A DNA stretch of 64,000 nt from Leptogorgia sarmentosa (GCA_964658305.1 OZ210885.1:6758001-6822000); one strand, 5' to 3'. Positions 14,395 to 27,270 are shown, numbered from the stretch's first letter. Numbers and translations are program-made. Notes: generated by a model not told the origin, from the sequence alone.

Positions 14395-14846
14395 ATTCAC
14401 TAATATTCATAATAATTTGAATTCACTAATAAATAATGTTCATATTTACAAAAGGTTCTTATTTATAATGGAAGCGTTCACCCTTGCAAGATGTATTGAC
14501 CTAACTCAATAATTGTTTATTAATCTATTTAGTATATTTGAGCGCGTTTCCATGCACGTACTGTCAGGCACATTTTTCTATTGACTGAGCACTGACTGGT
14601 CTAGGGTAATCATGCATATCGGATACATAAAGAGTATATTACGAAATGGTCATTATTTTTAAAACTAGACGACAAGTTGTTAAAAAAAGAAGGCTAACGT
14701 AGCCTTGCTCCTATAAATGGGTGGCAAGTTTTTTATTCAGTAAAAAATAGAACTGAAGGGCAGTGAAGGCAAAAAATATTCGAGGCCCAAAAATTATGAC
14801 CACTCTCGTACAACTATACATGAAATTACAAATGTTCATACCACGC

Positions 14847-15287
14847 TCAGGATCTTGCATTAAATATTTCCTGTTCGTCGATCACCAAGTTACAGTATGG
14901 CTTTTCAAATTCATGAAGCTTCGCTTGCAACAACTTGGAAACTTCTTTCCCAAGATTTCTATACTCTTTCTCGTGAGCTGTTCCCTTGATAGCCCGTTTA
15001 TATTGGAGTAAATGTACCATTTCGTGAATCAGAGTCCTGAAAACTGTCAGTTTGCCGTTGTTTGTTTTGCGAAAGATGACAATAAACATAAACTCCTCAA
15101 CCGTGTAAGTTATGCCTAATCTGGGACAACGAGGCGTCTCCTCATCAGTGCACTCATTGTATTCTTGAACATTTAAATACCCAACTGTGTCATCCCCCGG
15201 TAGAAGCTCGCTGAGACACGCAATTTCGTTTATTTTATTGTACAATTTCAAACTCGTCGTGGTCACTGTATTTCCTAACTGCTGCAC
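14847..15287 (-). CDS. SprT-like HEXXH zinc metalloprotease domain
   Basis: TLIHEMVHLLQY followed by a downstream His (TAHEKEY). Confidence 0.6.
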   Translation of the reverse strand: MQQLGNTVTTTSLKLYNKINEIACLSELLPGDDTVGYLNVQEYNECTDEETPRCPRLGITYTVEEFMFIVIFRKTNNGKLTVFRTLIHEMVHLLQYKRAIKGTAHEKEYRNLGKEVSKLLQAKLHEFEKPYCNLVIDEQEIFNARS

Positions 15288-16400
15288 GAAATTTCACAAA
15301 CGGCTCGGCTCGTTTTTTAGTGCAAAGTTTCTTCGAAACTGCAGTATTGTAATGAGTGGGGAAAATTCACATCAGCGATTCATTCATAGTGTAAACTCCG
15401 GGGGGAGCGTCCCAAATTCCTCTGATATGCGAAACTCCGTAGTTGACTGATATCCTTGGAATGTTTGAACAAAAATGATTCAATTGCAGTTATATATCAT
15501 TGCTTATCATTATTTGCAGTTTTTCTCATCGATACGAAAGTTAGTTAGATGAGAAATGTGATCAAAGAACTGAAAGAAGCGCACAAATACAGTACACAAT
15601 GGCGGCGGCCCCTCAGGAATTTCAGTTTTTGCAAAATTTGCAACTCAGCACAATTCTGGGGAATGAAATTACACAATATGGCGGACGCCAAGAGTGGGAC
15701 TGTGAATCAGTAATTCACTATGATGATATGTGGCCAACATGTCTGAATACATTGATAAAGCAGTTAAAATGTTCTTTATATATCAGCAATGAATATAGAA
15801 ATTTGAATTTATTATCATTATTAGCAGAAACTTGTATTTGGCTCGTCATGCACAATTTAAAATAGCTACAAATAGCTATGCCGCCGTGCGTATTACATTA
15901 AAATATTTAGTTGGCCGACATTGCCATCGCAATTCGCAAATAGCGGGCAAACTCAGATGTGTAACACAGTAGAACTCGTCACAACAAGATAGCCATAATT
16001 TTAAATCGTATTTAGTTAATATGGTTGATGATAGCCAACATATTTGGGAGCCTTCGCATTTATAGCTTTCGTGTTTGTTTTCGCCGTCTTCGACTCTTCC
16101 TGTCTTCTGGCCTCGCGGTTGTTTGTTTGTACCAGGGATTTGCAGAATTTTCGATACTAAAAGAAAACTAAACCATATACAGGCATACAAAAGTAAATTT
16201 AACGTTGGCTGATACTGTGAATAAACGGGATATTTTATTACGACGCAGAAGTATCTGTACGATGTGTAATGTGTATGTATTTTAAAAAGGTCAGAGGTCA
16301 GAGATTTATCTGAATTAACACGCGCGCTGCCGCGACTGCCAGTTGCTTTCTGACAGTAAAATAGTGATTATTTTCAAAATATAATTTTAATGTCTTCTTA

Positions 16401-16560
16401 GGCCCGTTTCAAACGTGGAATTTTGGTCGCATCGAATGTAATTCAAACAAAGAATAATGAGATGACTAACTTCAAACAATGAATAATGAGATGACTAACT
16501 TCATTATCCATTGTTTGAATTGCATTCGATGCGACCAAAATTCGACGTATGAAACGGGCC
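16401..16560. mobile_element. Harbinger/Tourist-type MITE
   Basis: Near-palindromic, GGCCCGTTTCA...TGAAACGGGCC, flanked by TTA on both sides (16398-16400 and 16561-16563). Confidence 0.85.
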
Positions 16561-17394
16561 TTAGAAACTTTGCACTATCCTTGGATCCCTAGTTCTTTCT
16601 TTCCACTGCTTTGTTTCTTCTTCGCGTTTCATGCAATTGCGACATTTCCATTCAGGATCATTGAAATCACCGTTTTCGCAGCTGCTATGGAACCATCTCT
16701 TGCATTTCTTGCATCGACCCATTAGCTCGCCATCATCGGGCAATGCACAGTGGCAATGAATCCAGCACACCCATTCGAAAAGAAACTTTCTGATAGGGAC
16801 ATCTTTCTTCTTGGATGTGGACGTCAGAAAGAGGTCGAGATCTCGATCAACAAACAAACGCATAAGACTGGGACCGAGACTGTCCTGATTCCATCTTAAC
16901 GTGAGTGGATCCATTTCGAAACACAAGGCAGTGGTGTTTGCTATCGCAAACAAGCCACAGGCTGAGCCACCCTTTTGTTGCTGTACGTTTGTGACAAGCA
17001 TGTTAATATAGCGAAGTGCAGGTCTCGCCAACTTGCAGGTGCATTGTTCAACATTGATTGGAGAGCTTATCTCCTTGCCCTTTCTATTGAGATTCACTAG
17101 GCTGTCGTAAATGCGAACTTCATTTTCAGAGGCTTTAATATTGGATAGCGTTATCCAATGATTTCCACGAACATTGATGATCTGGACAAAATGTTCACGG
17201 TCGTCCTCCTTGAATCCATATTCAACAGCCGGAATCAAATCTTGTAAGCCACCAAGTTTAACAGAACGGGGGTGGAGTCGCAACATGTTGAACACGGCCA
17301 GAATAATATGATCGTTTAACCAATGTCCGTCTTCCAAAATTGGTTTGTCAGTTGACCGTAATGTAAGTTCTTTAATCCAAAAGCCTTCATCCAC
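16561..17394 (-). CDS. Ulp1/SENP-like C48 protease plus PHD finger, TE-associated
   Basis: WLNDHII, HWI, YDSL, QQQKGGSACGLFAIA; C-terminal CxC...CxxCxxWFHxxC...WxCxxC. Confidence 0.8.
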   Translation of the reverse strand: MDEGFWIKELTLRSTDKPILEDGHWLNDHIILAVFNMLRLHPRSVKLGGLQDLIPAVEYGFKEDDREHFVQIINVRGNHWITLSNIKASENEVRIYDSLVNLNRKGKEISSPINVEQCTCKLARPALRYINMLVTNVQQQKGGSACGLFAIANTTALCFEMDPLTLRWNQDSLGPSLMRLFVDRDLDLFLTSTSKKKDVPIRKFLFEWVCWIHCHCALPDDGELMGRCKKCKRWFHSSCENGDFNDPEWKCRNCMKREEETKQWKERTRDPRIVQSF

Positions 17395-17439
17395 ATCTTC
17401 ATTTTTTTTGGGCGGTTAGTTGAGCATGTTTTCTGAGGG

Positions 17440-18264
17440 TCACTTGGCGTATCTTGGGTTTTTTCTCTTCACATTATGGTGGGCTACTATCTGGCAAGTC
17501 AGTATCGTGGGTGGGAGAAAGATATAGGTGTCACGATCGTTGATTTTTGTCGCTGAAATTCTTTTCGTTTTGTCGATTACGACTCGTCCAAATTGACCCT
17601 CGGTTACTGTGAAGGAAGATAAATGTTCAAGATTTTGGATGTTCTTTCTGTTGATGCGTTCATTCATCATGTCGATATTTGATCGGAACAGGAATATGTG
17701 ATTTACAGGCGTCATCGAATTTAAAAAACGGTTGTCCCTATTAAACATGTTGTACAACTGCTCTTGACGCTGTGTGTTGATTAAACCGTTCAACTGGCGG
17801 ACATGCGTTACTCGTAGCAAAACTTCGGCTTCTTTTTTGGGGTTGCTCTCGTGAAATCTGTCAAATAGAGAGAAATGTTCGTTTGATCCGGTGATAGGGT
17901 GTCCAGAATGCTCGCGAATTCCATAATCTTGCATGCTGCTCAACCAATCCAGTGATATGTCCAGTTCACCCGCTTTCACTTTTTCTATATTCTCTTCGGT
18001 CGGCTCCATTACCATGCCATTATGGGGAGAGAACATATCTTTCTTTCTGCCATTTCCGCTTTCCCCATGAGTTAGTTTACAGGGGAAACATGATTGGTCA
18101 TCTACGACAACGACTCTGCTCAAATGTGCTTCCTTGAAGTGCCTGCAACATTTGTACTCTGTATCGAAAGATTTTTCACATAGCTTGCAGTGCTTATGTT
18201 TTCCGTTGGTATTATGACACGGACAGATAATTTCCGAAAAACTGGTGAAGTAGTCGTCAGACAT
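17440..18264 (-). pseudogene. HMGXB3/KDZ (Zisupton-like) transposase-related fragment, internally deleted
   Basis: N-terminal C2H2 finger, LFDRFHESN, NTQRQEQL. Lies directly upstream of the Ulp1-PHD ORF. Confidence 0.5.
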
Positions 18265-18419
18265 AGTAAACTAAATGAAGTGATAATTAACAATTTAATA
18301 CACATGTATTATTTGAGGAAATGCGCGCCACTTAAAGCAGGTCAAAGGCGATTATGCAATGCAGCCCGCATATTTAACATGCCCGTATTTGTAACATGCC
18401 CGTATTTGTAACATAACGT

Positions 18420-20290
18420 TACCACATCATATGGATTTTTAGGGCACTCGCATATATCCCGGATCCCGCATATATTGTGAAATTAAGTTGACCTTTTCAC
18501 TACCATGTTTGTGGAGTAAAGTACCACCACACATTGTGATCACTTCATCTCCCTTCGCAACCAAGCTGATCTCATCCTGTTTTATTCGTGGGAATACGTG
18601 ATCAACGAAGACTCGACTGCAAGTCTTGGAAGTTTTGTTTGTTGAGAGCGAGAGGCTGCAGTTATAGTGCAAGCATTTTGGCTCCAAATCGGGTAAATGT
18701 TCTTTCACAAACTCGCATATCCGTACATGGTGGTACAGCTCTCCTTTATGGAGGAACCGATAACAATACATACAGGGTAGACAGGCATACGGATTCCCCT
18801 TGACATTTGGAGGTGGCCATCTGACAACTTTTAATTCGCCTTTATTTTCTTGCAGCACTTTGTTGTGGTGCACAAAGTTTCCCAGAAGAGTTCTATCGAG
18901 TTCTTTTCGTGGATATTCTCCCCATAACTCATGCTAATTAAAGTCATTGGTTTCAGTTTAAAAAAAATCTTCGTGTTTTTCAAGAGGTCCAAATTTTGAT
19001 CAAAGACTTTCTTGTACCCATAAAGTTTTGACTCCTTATATCACAATGGGGAAATGTTAGTATTCATTCACTTTCAGACCGAGGACACATGCACTCCTGA
19101 TGAGTTCATTTTCACACTATTGCTGGATTGTAACGAAGGCCAGGGCAATTTGGAAATTGTTTACAGTATAAAAAGTGAATCGATTTTATTTTGAATTTGA
19201 TTCTCAAAGTTACTGGAGCAGAAGATACAAGTAAAAGCATTCAGAAATCAGTAAATAACTTCGTGTTCTTCCTCTAATTTGTTTTTATCAAATTCTATAA
19301 ATCCCTAAACCATAACATTAACTTATATTATATTTCAATTAAAAAAATCAGTCTCACTCTGATTAGAAATCAATGACGAATAATTTCCTGAACTCCCTAC
19401 CAAAATTTTGTTTCTCTCTGACATATATCACAGTGGCTTCACCATCCTTAAACGTCGGGTAGGTCACCTTAACCAGTTCCGAACCATCGCTCCCTATTTT
19501 GCATCCCGCATTAAATTCGCATTAAATGGATAACTGCCAGAATATGCCTGTAAGTGTTAAATTAGAGACTTGTTGAATTGACCACATAAATTGTGGCCAT
19601 TATCCGCCTGGCCAAGTCTCGTTCCACATCCCATGCAGTGACACCGTAAATTCAGTACATGTATACTGTAGTGTACCTGCGAAATTTACCAGTGCAGGAG
19701 TAAGCATTCATTATTTTGGGCGAGAATTGATTCACAACAGAGTGAAATCCTTCCAGAAAGCTTGCCTGGTCAAATGGCAATGCTTGTTCTATTCCCTTCT
19801 TCAACTAGCATGGCACTCCTTAACTTAGTGTATGCAGGAGAGTCTATACGTAACAGATAATAATTACTATTGTTAAAACAGTACAATAAAACCAAGAGTA
19901 CAGCAGGCCAAATGATTTCAACAAGGTTGCAAATACCACTCATATCACACTACACTGGGGAAACAATTGTGAAGCTATCCAGAGCTGGCATAATCCACTT
20001 TCGTGGTGTTAGTTGATTGTGTTCACAGTTGTTGTACAGAGGGTCATCCAAATCATCAGGCTTGTCCATAACATTGACTCAAAAATGACTTGAACTTTGC
20101 AAGTGTGATCCTACCATTTCCAGAATGGGTTGATGTAGCGCTCCAATAAAGGTGATTCGCGCACAGTTGTACCACTGAGCTAATTTCCTTAACTGACTTT
20201 CAATGCAACATTTGTTATAAGCTATTAATAATCATTTTAGTTGTTATATATATTTGTTATATATGTTTCAAGTATATCGCACTGTCCCCA
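18420..20290. repeat. Direct duplicate of blocks within ~34,170-36,720
   Basis: Long near-identical stretches by eye (19340-20290 vs 35795-36720; ORF 18439-18873 vs ORF 34153-34632). Confidence 0.85.
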
Positions 20291-20835
20291 CAATGATGTA
20301 CACTCTGAAACATTAGAAGGGGTTTCTCCCAACTTTTAACTTTCTAAACATCATGTCTATGCCAATATGTTGTGTGTGGCGTACCTTTGGAACATGTTGC
20401 TTTATTTAATGCATTGTATTTGGCTTTTAATTTCATATACTTGTTCCAGGTCTTTCTCCTTTCTTTAATTAAATAGGTGCAACACAATAAATTGAAATAT
20501 CATTTTTCTAAACAATCAGCAAGCACAATATCAATGAAGTATTATTTGCACAATATTTACCCGTATGCTGCGAATTACTACATTTACTGATTCTACCCCA
20601 AGCTACATAATTCAATACATACACATACGTTTTCCCCATCAGCGCAATTTTGAAATTCGCTGCCATGTTCTGATACTTCTAGCATTATCCATTGCCCCTG
20701 ACATATTTACATCTATCCCGCTTTCATGAGCAACGTCACTTGACTGCATCAAAACAGCTTCTCTTACAACCTAAATGCAATAGTTAAATAGTTTCTATAA
20801 ATATTGTGTTATATTAGACCTGAAATCTAACAAGC

Positions 20836-21200
20836 CTAATAAATAATTTGAATTATATAGTACAATTGTATACATACCATTCTCTTCGCATGCCCATACA
20901 AAGGCATATCTTCGCCAGTATTTGCATATTTTGGAAAGTCGACAATACCAACTTCATCAGTGGCTTTATGCGGACGTTTACCAGAGTGACTGGAGAATAT
21001 TCCAGTAAAATCTTCCTTTGAAAAATGTGTGGAGCAAATACTCGAGTTTGGAGTTGGACTCCATTTTGCCTGTTTGAGGTGCACAAAGTCAATCCATTAT
21101 AGGGCCTGTTGTCTCAAGAGAAAGGAATAAAATGGAGCAAAATGCCTCGATTTGCATCTGCGATATTAGAGCAACCTCCTACAACACATGTATTTGGCAT
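20836..21200 (-). pseudogene. THAP zinc-finger domain remnant
   Basis: MPNTCVVGGCSN...LHFIP...W...ICSTHF, with stops. Confidence 0.75.
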
Positions 21201-22061
21201 TTTTGCTGTCTCATGACTTATTTGCGCTTTTATACTCACTATGATAATGCACACAATAGTACTTGTACCACAGTTCTTTAGACGAGTTCCTACTATTACA
21301 TCACACATGTTTTCGCACCAGTCCCTTTTTCACAGTTTCCAAAATTATTACAAACAAAATTCAATTTGACAATAACTTTTTAACTAAAATGCAATCTTAA
21401 TTCTGTTTTCACATTTCGTTATATTTTGTATCTTAGATTCCATATGTGAACTCACATTTTACGACAGGTGCACTTAAAACTTTCCACTGGCTTTCTGATG
21501 CTTTGTGACAGCATCCTTCAGCTTATCATGAATCTTAGCTTTCTTACACTCGAATTCATCTATATTATCTTCACGTTTTCTCTTCTCAACCCCCAAACTG
21601 TTATTTTCCAATGTCTCTACCACCAGCTCATTGTAATAAATTTTAAAATGCCATGTTGCATACTAGCCAAAAACATGGCGGATGTGACGTCACTGGGGTA
21701 AAGCTGGGGTACACCGTTCATGGGAATGTCCACTGACCAGGGCTTGTTGGACATGATTCAACCCCCACCCCCCGATTTTTGAAACGCTGTGTTAAAAAAA
21801 TCAAAGAAACCTAATGCAAAGCTATTCGTCATATCCTCATTTGGAAAAGAGAAATTATTATGGCGAATGAAAGTGAAGATAAAGCGAGGCGAGTGCCATT
21901 GATAAATGATGACAGCATGGTCGTCTAAATAAAAAACATGAACGGTATTAAAATGGTAAATATCATTTTATTTATACACGTTTAGCTTTTTTATGCTTTT
22001 ATATATTATACTTTCATTTGTGACGTGCAACTGGACATAAATAACACTGGAAACATTGTAT

Positions 22062-22290
22062 GGCCGGTTGTTCAAAAACTGGTTAGTTTAACCCTGGGTT
22101 AACTTAAAATTTAAAGCAAATTTGCCATGAACTTGTTTATGAAATGTTTTAGATATCTTTCTCCAGAAAGCTTGTGCAGAAATCTTCTTTGATATTTCCA
22201 AGTAAACAGACATGCAAAAAGATGCAACCTAAAACACTGGGTTAAATTTTTACCCAGGATTAGCCTCAACCTAGCTTTGAACAACCGGCC
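22062..22290. mobile_element. MITE with 15-bp TIR GGCCGGTTGTTCAAA
   Basis: Perfect inverted termini. A related end (GGCCGGTTGTACGAA) occurs near 4388. Confidence 0.7.
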
Positions 22291-22372
22291 CCCAAAAATG
22301 TTGGTATGTAAACGGTATATTTAACTATTGGTAATACATGTATTATATAAATGGTATCAAAAATCAGCTATA

Positions 22373-23000
22373 TCAAAAATCAAAGAACAGCTCCAAATGA
22401 TCCTGATTCATGTTGTACATCAGGACATACTTCAGGATTGGGTGCTCCCAACACACCAGATCGTTTTCCAATCCTTGAACTGCATCAGCACACAGGAGAA
22501 AACCTATAGAACCTGTTTGCCGTTGCGGCTTGAGTATCGGTTTGCGCATTAGAGCATCCAAGGTGAGCAGATCGTAGCTTCTGGCCGTCCCGTTTTCCAG
22601 CCAAAACATTCACTTCCAATGCTGTCAATGGTTCTTTGGTAAAGCCAGGTTCACCATCAATGACATTGTACCAACTGCTGACAACAGACGGATGTGGAAA
22701 CGTAAGTCAAAACTGTTTCTGCATATTAATCTAACAAAGATTTATAGTCATGGCAAACTCACGTATTGCTTACGGATATTCACCTAGGTTCATCACCAAC
22801 TTTTCATCAGTTCCTTAGGAACTCCGGAAAACTTCTTTCTAGGATACTAGCACAATCACTACTAACAATGTTTTCTTTCCTCAGCTCACTTACCACTGAA
22901 CTCAAGCAGCTCACCTTTTTCCTTAACCTACTAGTTTTCATCTGGGATGGTTTCAGTCTTTTCTTATAACCTTCAGCATGATCTATAAGATAATCAACTC
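22373..23000 (-). pseudogene. P-element/THAP9-like transposase fragments
   Basis: TG.IGFL and Y..NQDHLELFF motifs. Heavily deleted. Confidence 0.6.
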
Positions 23001-23739
23001 TTTTTCCTAGCCTACGTGGAGATCATACACAATATGTATGATCATGTTCGGCCAGAGATGTGTTTACACAGGTTTTTCATTGCCATCATTATCAAACTCG
23101 CCAGGCAATATTCCTCTTTTTTCCTGGCAAACTACTTACAATACCTTCAGTCTTTGTTTCCAGATTGACACAGTTTCCAGCACTTATACCGACCTCAACA
23201 CATCCTGTTTCTGTGGGCACAACTTTTTTCTCTTCAGTTATGATAGTCACACTAGTCACCTCATTTTCTTCCACCTGAACATAATTTTAAAAATAACAGT
23301 CCTGTTATTTTGAAGTGCAATTGTTACAGGGCTTTCTATTTTTGCCTTTCTTCCCAGATATAGATACAGGCTTGATATATTATTGACTCATTTAAGCACT
23401 GGCCATTTACTGGACAATCTTGGGGTTTTCTACAATTGCATTGGTTATTGCTTTCGGTCGTTTTATCATTATTTAGGATGGTTTTATTCCGTCCATCAAT
23501 TGCTTGCATAATGTTAGTCATACATCCATAACTGTCCTTGATGGTGTTTCTATTGAATATCTTGCTCAGAATATGGTCTTTGGGGAATTCCTCATCAATC
23601 AAATGTAGAACATCCCGCCCGATATTTGAAGAGACAGCTTTGTTGTATGGCGGATTGTACCAGATTATAATTTTTGCTCTGTTATTAGTGTAGATTTTGT
23701 TCTCATTGTGACTGGGTGGGTTGAACTTGAGGTGTTCGT

Positions 23740-26700
23740 CAAGGGCGCAACCAGGATTTTAGAAAGGGGGGTCGTTTTTATTGTAAAGCGGTCGAGCGCC
23801 GAAGGCGCGAGACATCTAGGTGGGTCCGGGGGCATGCCCCCCGGAAAATTTCGAAATCTAGAGTTCCTGAAATGAGAAATCTGAGAAATGCCATTTCCAG
23901 CATTCTGGAGCGAGTTTTTACAGAATATTATTTTACAGAGGATTATAAAATATCATATAAAATGCACAAAAGACAACATAAAGTAAACTTTGTTTAATAG
24001 AAATTTCAACTACAACTGTACTGGTGGACTTTAAATATTTAGAAAGTTAAATGTTCAGAAAGTTAACAATATTAGCAAATTAGGATTTATGAATATTCAT
24101 ATATGAAATTAGGCACATTAACCCTCCTTGGACAGAGTGTCATGAATAGGCGCACAACTTTTTTGTAGTCAATCTTGAAACCGTAGTTCACATTCATCAA
24201 GGCAAGTGAGGTGAGCCTTGTAGTGCTCATGCTTGCTCTCAGGTAGCTACGCAGCCTGCGGAGCGTCGAAAAGCTCCGTTCACACTCACACGAGGTAACC
24301 GGGAAGGTGGCAACTAATTTCAGCAGCACAAAAAGATTTGGAAAGTTCTCTTGGTCACAAAGTTTGAGAGCTTTGGCAACAGAGTCAGGTCTTTGTTCAG
24401 GAGCTACTGCACACCACTTCCTCTTCCACATTCTAATCTCAATATCAACGACATTTTCATTGGGCAGGTCATCACAGTAAAGATTTATAGCATCTTCAAA
24501 GACAGTTTTGTCAATGTTAATGTCACAAATGAGAGAAGGGACAAGAAACAACAGTTTTGTAGCTTTCTTTGTCAGTTTGCTGAAATTGGTCTCCATGTGT
24601 GAAATCAAATGGTCTACAAGAGGAATAGCCAACGATCTTCGATAGTATTCCTCTGGCGTCTTAGCTGGTTGGTTATCGCAATGCATCTGCCGTTTGGCTA
24701 GCCGAGGAATCTGTGGTTCCACTTCGAGTTTTGCAGCCAATCTCTCAGCCTGACTGTAGATTAATTTGAATTCAGTGTTAATGGTATCCCTGACAGCTTT
24801 CAGATCAGTAATGGATTCATCAATCTCTAAGTAAGCCTTGACAATGTCAATGGACCGACCCTGCAACTTGTTTGTGATACCGGCAAGTGGATGGAGAAGT
24901 CTGTAGAGAGCAACAGTACCAATGATGAAGCCAAAATCAGTTACTGATTTCAGGAATGACGTTGCTTTGCCCTTGGTTTCTGCATCCCACCCAGTGGTAA
25001 ACAAAGGATCGAATTCTCCCAAGTTGCCATATGAGCCATTGATGACTTCAAAAGCTGTCACAATGAAGGGTATCGCTAAATAAAAATGTTCATATGAAAT
25101 ATCTCTCTGGCTCCAACATGTTTTGCACATTGAAATTAGAACTTTCCGAGTATTGATATGATGGCAACTTTTCTGCACTATGTGCTCTAAAAGGCTCTCT
25201 CGCTTTGGTGCTGTGTTGAAGAAATTGATCAAGCTTTTGAATTCTGCAACAATGTTCTGTATGGTGGTTAGTTGACAACTCGAAGCCAGAACAAGATTGA
25301 GATTGTGGCTATTACAGTGCATAACAGGAGAACGTGGAGCAACTTTCAAAATTACAGATGCAACTCCCTTCTTTTCTGACTGCATATTGGCTGCTCCATC
25401 ATAGCACTGGCCTCGCAGGTCACTAACCTCAAGTCCTGCTTCTTGGTAAAACGTAATGATCGAGTTCCCTATTACTTCACCAGTGATCCGGTCAAGATCG
25501 ATAAATTCTAAAAACTCTTCCCGAATGTTCTTGTCATCGTCAACAAAGCGAACACAAATGGAAAGTATTTCATTGTTAGACGCTGTGACCTCATCAGCTT
25601 GTACTGCATGAAAGCCAGATTTGTTGATTTCTTCAATGATCGATGCTTGGATAATCTTCTTTCCAATTATCTCGATAAGCTCGTTTTGACTTTTCCAATT
25701 TACGTATCGAGCGTTTTTTTGTAGGGGATTTTCCAAGTGTCCTTTTAGCAAAGGATCGTGTTCTGCAAATTCTTCCAGTAGTGCAATGAAATTTCCAGGA
25801 TTCACATCGTTGTCAGTCAGGTCAATTCTATGACCTCTCAATGCAATGCCCTGTCTTCCACAAAAATGAACAGCCCTTGCAATATACTCTAAAATCTTGG
25901 CATATTTCTCATCTCGATCCTTTTTAGTTTTGTCAACGATATTTGGAAGGGTTTGCTTGGGATTCTCAAATCTTGTTTTAAACATTTCTGCATCAAGAAA
26001 TGCTTTCTGGTGGTATCTAGTTTCACAATGACGATCTTTTTTCTCTTTTATGTGGTGCCACTGCTTACAACCAACATTTACAAAAACGTTCATATTTGTA
26101 TTCCTTTTGTCAGCAGGGACAAATAAAGCACAAGTAATACAATACACAGAATCTTCGCTCTTACTATAAACAAAATTGCTGTCGAGATACGTTTTGCTGC
26201 ATGACCTTCTACATCCATGGAGTTGGCTTTTTGGAAATTGGAAGTTTTCTGGTGGTTGATAGTGATTTGTCAGAACGGTATACTTGTGCTCTGCTGTCAT
26301 GTTTTTTAGAGTTTTGGTCAATGAACTCTCCTTCTTCAAAACTTGACCAATGTCAAAACATGATGATGAAATAGATTCATGTCCGTACAAATTCTGCTGG
26401 TGTTTACCAGTTTTAGGGTCATTGACAGTGTTTGTAACCTCCACAGGCACAGGTTCTACAGCCTCCACTAAATCAGCTTGGTTTACCTGGTCCTCTTCTA
26501 TGTACTCAGTACATTCAGTCACGCTCAATGGCCTGTCATGAGTGACATCAGTGCTCCTTGACTCCTCCAACAGCTCTAAATCTAAGTTTACGAGTTCACT
26601 CGAACATTGAGATCCTTCCGAATCATCCACAAACTTGCTTTTCTTGGTATTTGAATCAACTATGGATTCTTCATTAGCACCACGCTTGAAAAAGTTCCTT

Positions 26701-26836
26701 ATATCCATAATTATCCGCGCTCGTATAGTGGTATTTAAATTCGGTAAAAAAAAATGGCCGTGCAACTAATCTAGTTCCCAGTGCCTTCGGGTCGCGCACG
26801 GGTTCAGTCCCCCGACCCCCCCTGGTTGCGCGCCTG
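23740..26836 (-). mobile_element. hAT transposon with 16-bp imperfect TIRs
   Basis: CAAGGGCGCAACCAGG / CCTGGTTGCGCGCCTG (14/16 match). No clean 8-bp TSD. Confidence 0.8.
24087..26708 (-). CDS. hAT transposase (DUF4371 plus hAT dimerisation domain; THAP12/ZMYM1-like), intact ORF
   Basis: ALRGH, NPGNF, QADEVT, QCYDGAANM, HCNSH, CERSFSTLRR. ATG at 26708 (MDIRNFF). Confidence 0.92.
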   Translation of the reverse strand: MDIRNFFKRGANEESIVDSNTKKSKFVDDSEGSQCSSELVNLDLELLEESRSTDVTHDRPLSVTECTEYIEEDQVNQADLVEAVEPVPVEVTNTVNDPKTGKHQQNLYGHESISSSCFDIGQVLKKESSLTKTLKNMTAEHKYTVLTNHYQPPENFQFPKSQLHGCRRSCSKTYLDSNFVYSKSEDSVYCITCALFVPADKRNTNMNVFVNVGCKQWHHIKEKKDRHCETRYHQKAFLDAEMFKTRFENPKQTLPNIVDKTKKDRDEKYAKILEYIARAVHFCGRQGIALRGHRIDLTDNDVNPGNFIALLEEFAEHDPLLKGHLENPLQKNARYVNWKSQNELIEIIGKKIIQASIIEEINKSGFHAVQADEVTASNNEILSICVRFVDDDKNIREEFLEFIDLDRITGEVIGNSIITFYQEAGLEVSDLRGQCYDGAANMQSEKKGVASVILKVAPRSPVMHCNSHNLNLVLASSCQLTTIQNIVAEFKSLINFFNTAPKRESLLEHIVQKSCHHINTRKVLISMCKTCWSQRDISYEHFYLAIPFIVTAFEVINGSYGNLGEFDPLFTTGWDAETKGKATSFLKSVTDFGFIIGTVALYRLLHPLAGITNKLQGRSIDIVKAYLEIDESITDLKAVRDTINTEFKLIYSQAERLAAKLEVEPQIPRLAKRQMHCDNQPAKTPEEYYRRSLAIPLVDHLISHMETNFSKLTKKATKLLFLVPSLICDINIDKTVFEDAINLYCDDLPNENVVDIEIRMWKRKWCAVAPEQRPDSVAKALKLCDQENFPNLFVLLKLVATFPVTSCECERSFSTLRRLRSYLRASMSTTRLTSLALMNVNYGFKIDYKKVVRLFMTLCPRRVNVPNFIYEYS

Positions 26837-27270
26837 GCTTGCGTTAATACTTTTCTGGTACAATGGCGCTGCTGTATTGAATGAATCTTCGTCAGACGAT
26901 ATTTCGAATAGTCGTTTATTTATGTATTCAATTAAAATATTCTTATCCCCGAGCCACGGCGCAAAGCGCCGAAAAGAAAAGTGGAAAACAAAGACGAAGA
27001 CTGTTGCTGCAAGACTATAAAAGACTCCTGAGAAGACATTAATGCTGGAAAGAGACTTTATATCCACGAGAAGCGACAATGGATTGAAATACAAGACAAG
27101 CGTATGTATTGTTTGCATAATTATAAAATTCTCGCGTATTTATATGAATGGCTGGCTTGGCCGCATTCAATCTGTTTACAGTTTCATTTAAGAAATAAAT
27201 AAGCAAAAAATAAGCAAGGCAGATAGTTGTTTGTATCGATTGTCGAGGTTAATTCCTACACTTGTAAAAT

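Larger units (their letters stand above)
23336..26990 (-). pseudogene. Penelope-like RT C-terminal region split by the hAT insertion
   Basis: INKRL..ISSDEDSFNTAAPLYQKSINAS (26837-26935) resumes as EHLKFNPP...WYNPPY...KIFNRNTIK.SY.CM.N...CNCRKP..CP..G.CL (23336-23739). Confidence 0.8.

Noticed and set aside
24351..26541. Short antisense ORFs within the hAT transposase (and likewise within piggyBac, MCP and collagen)
   Set aside because: Shadow ORFs of long coding sequences with no motifs.
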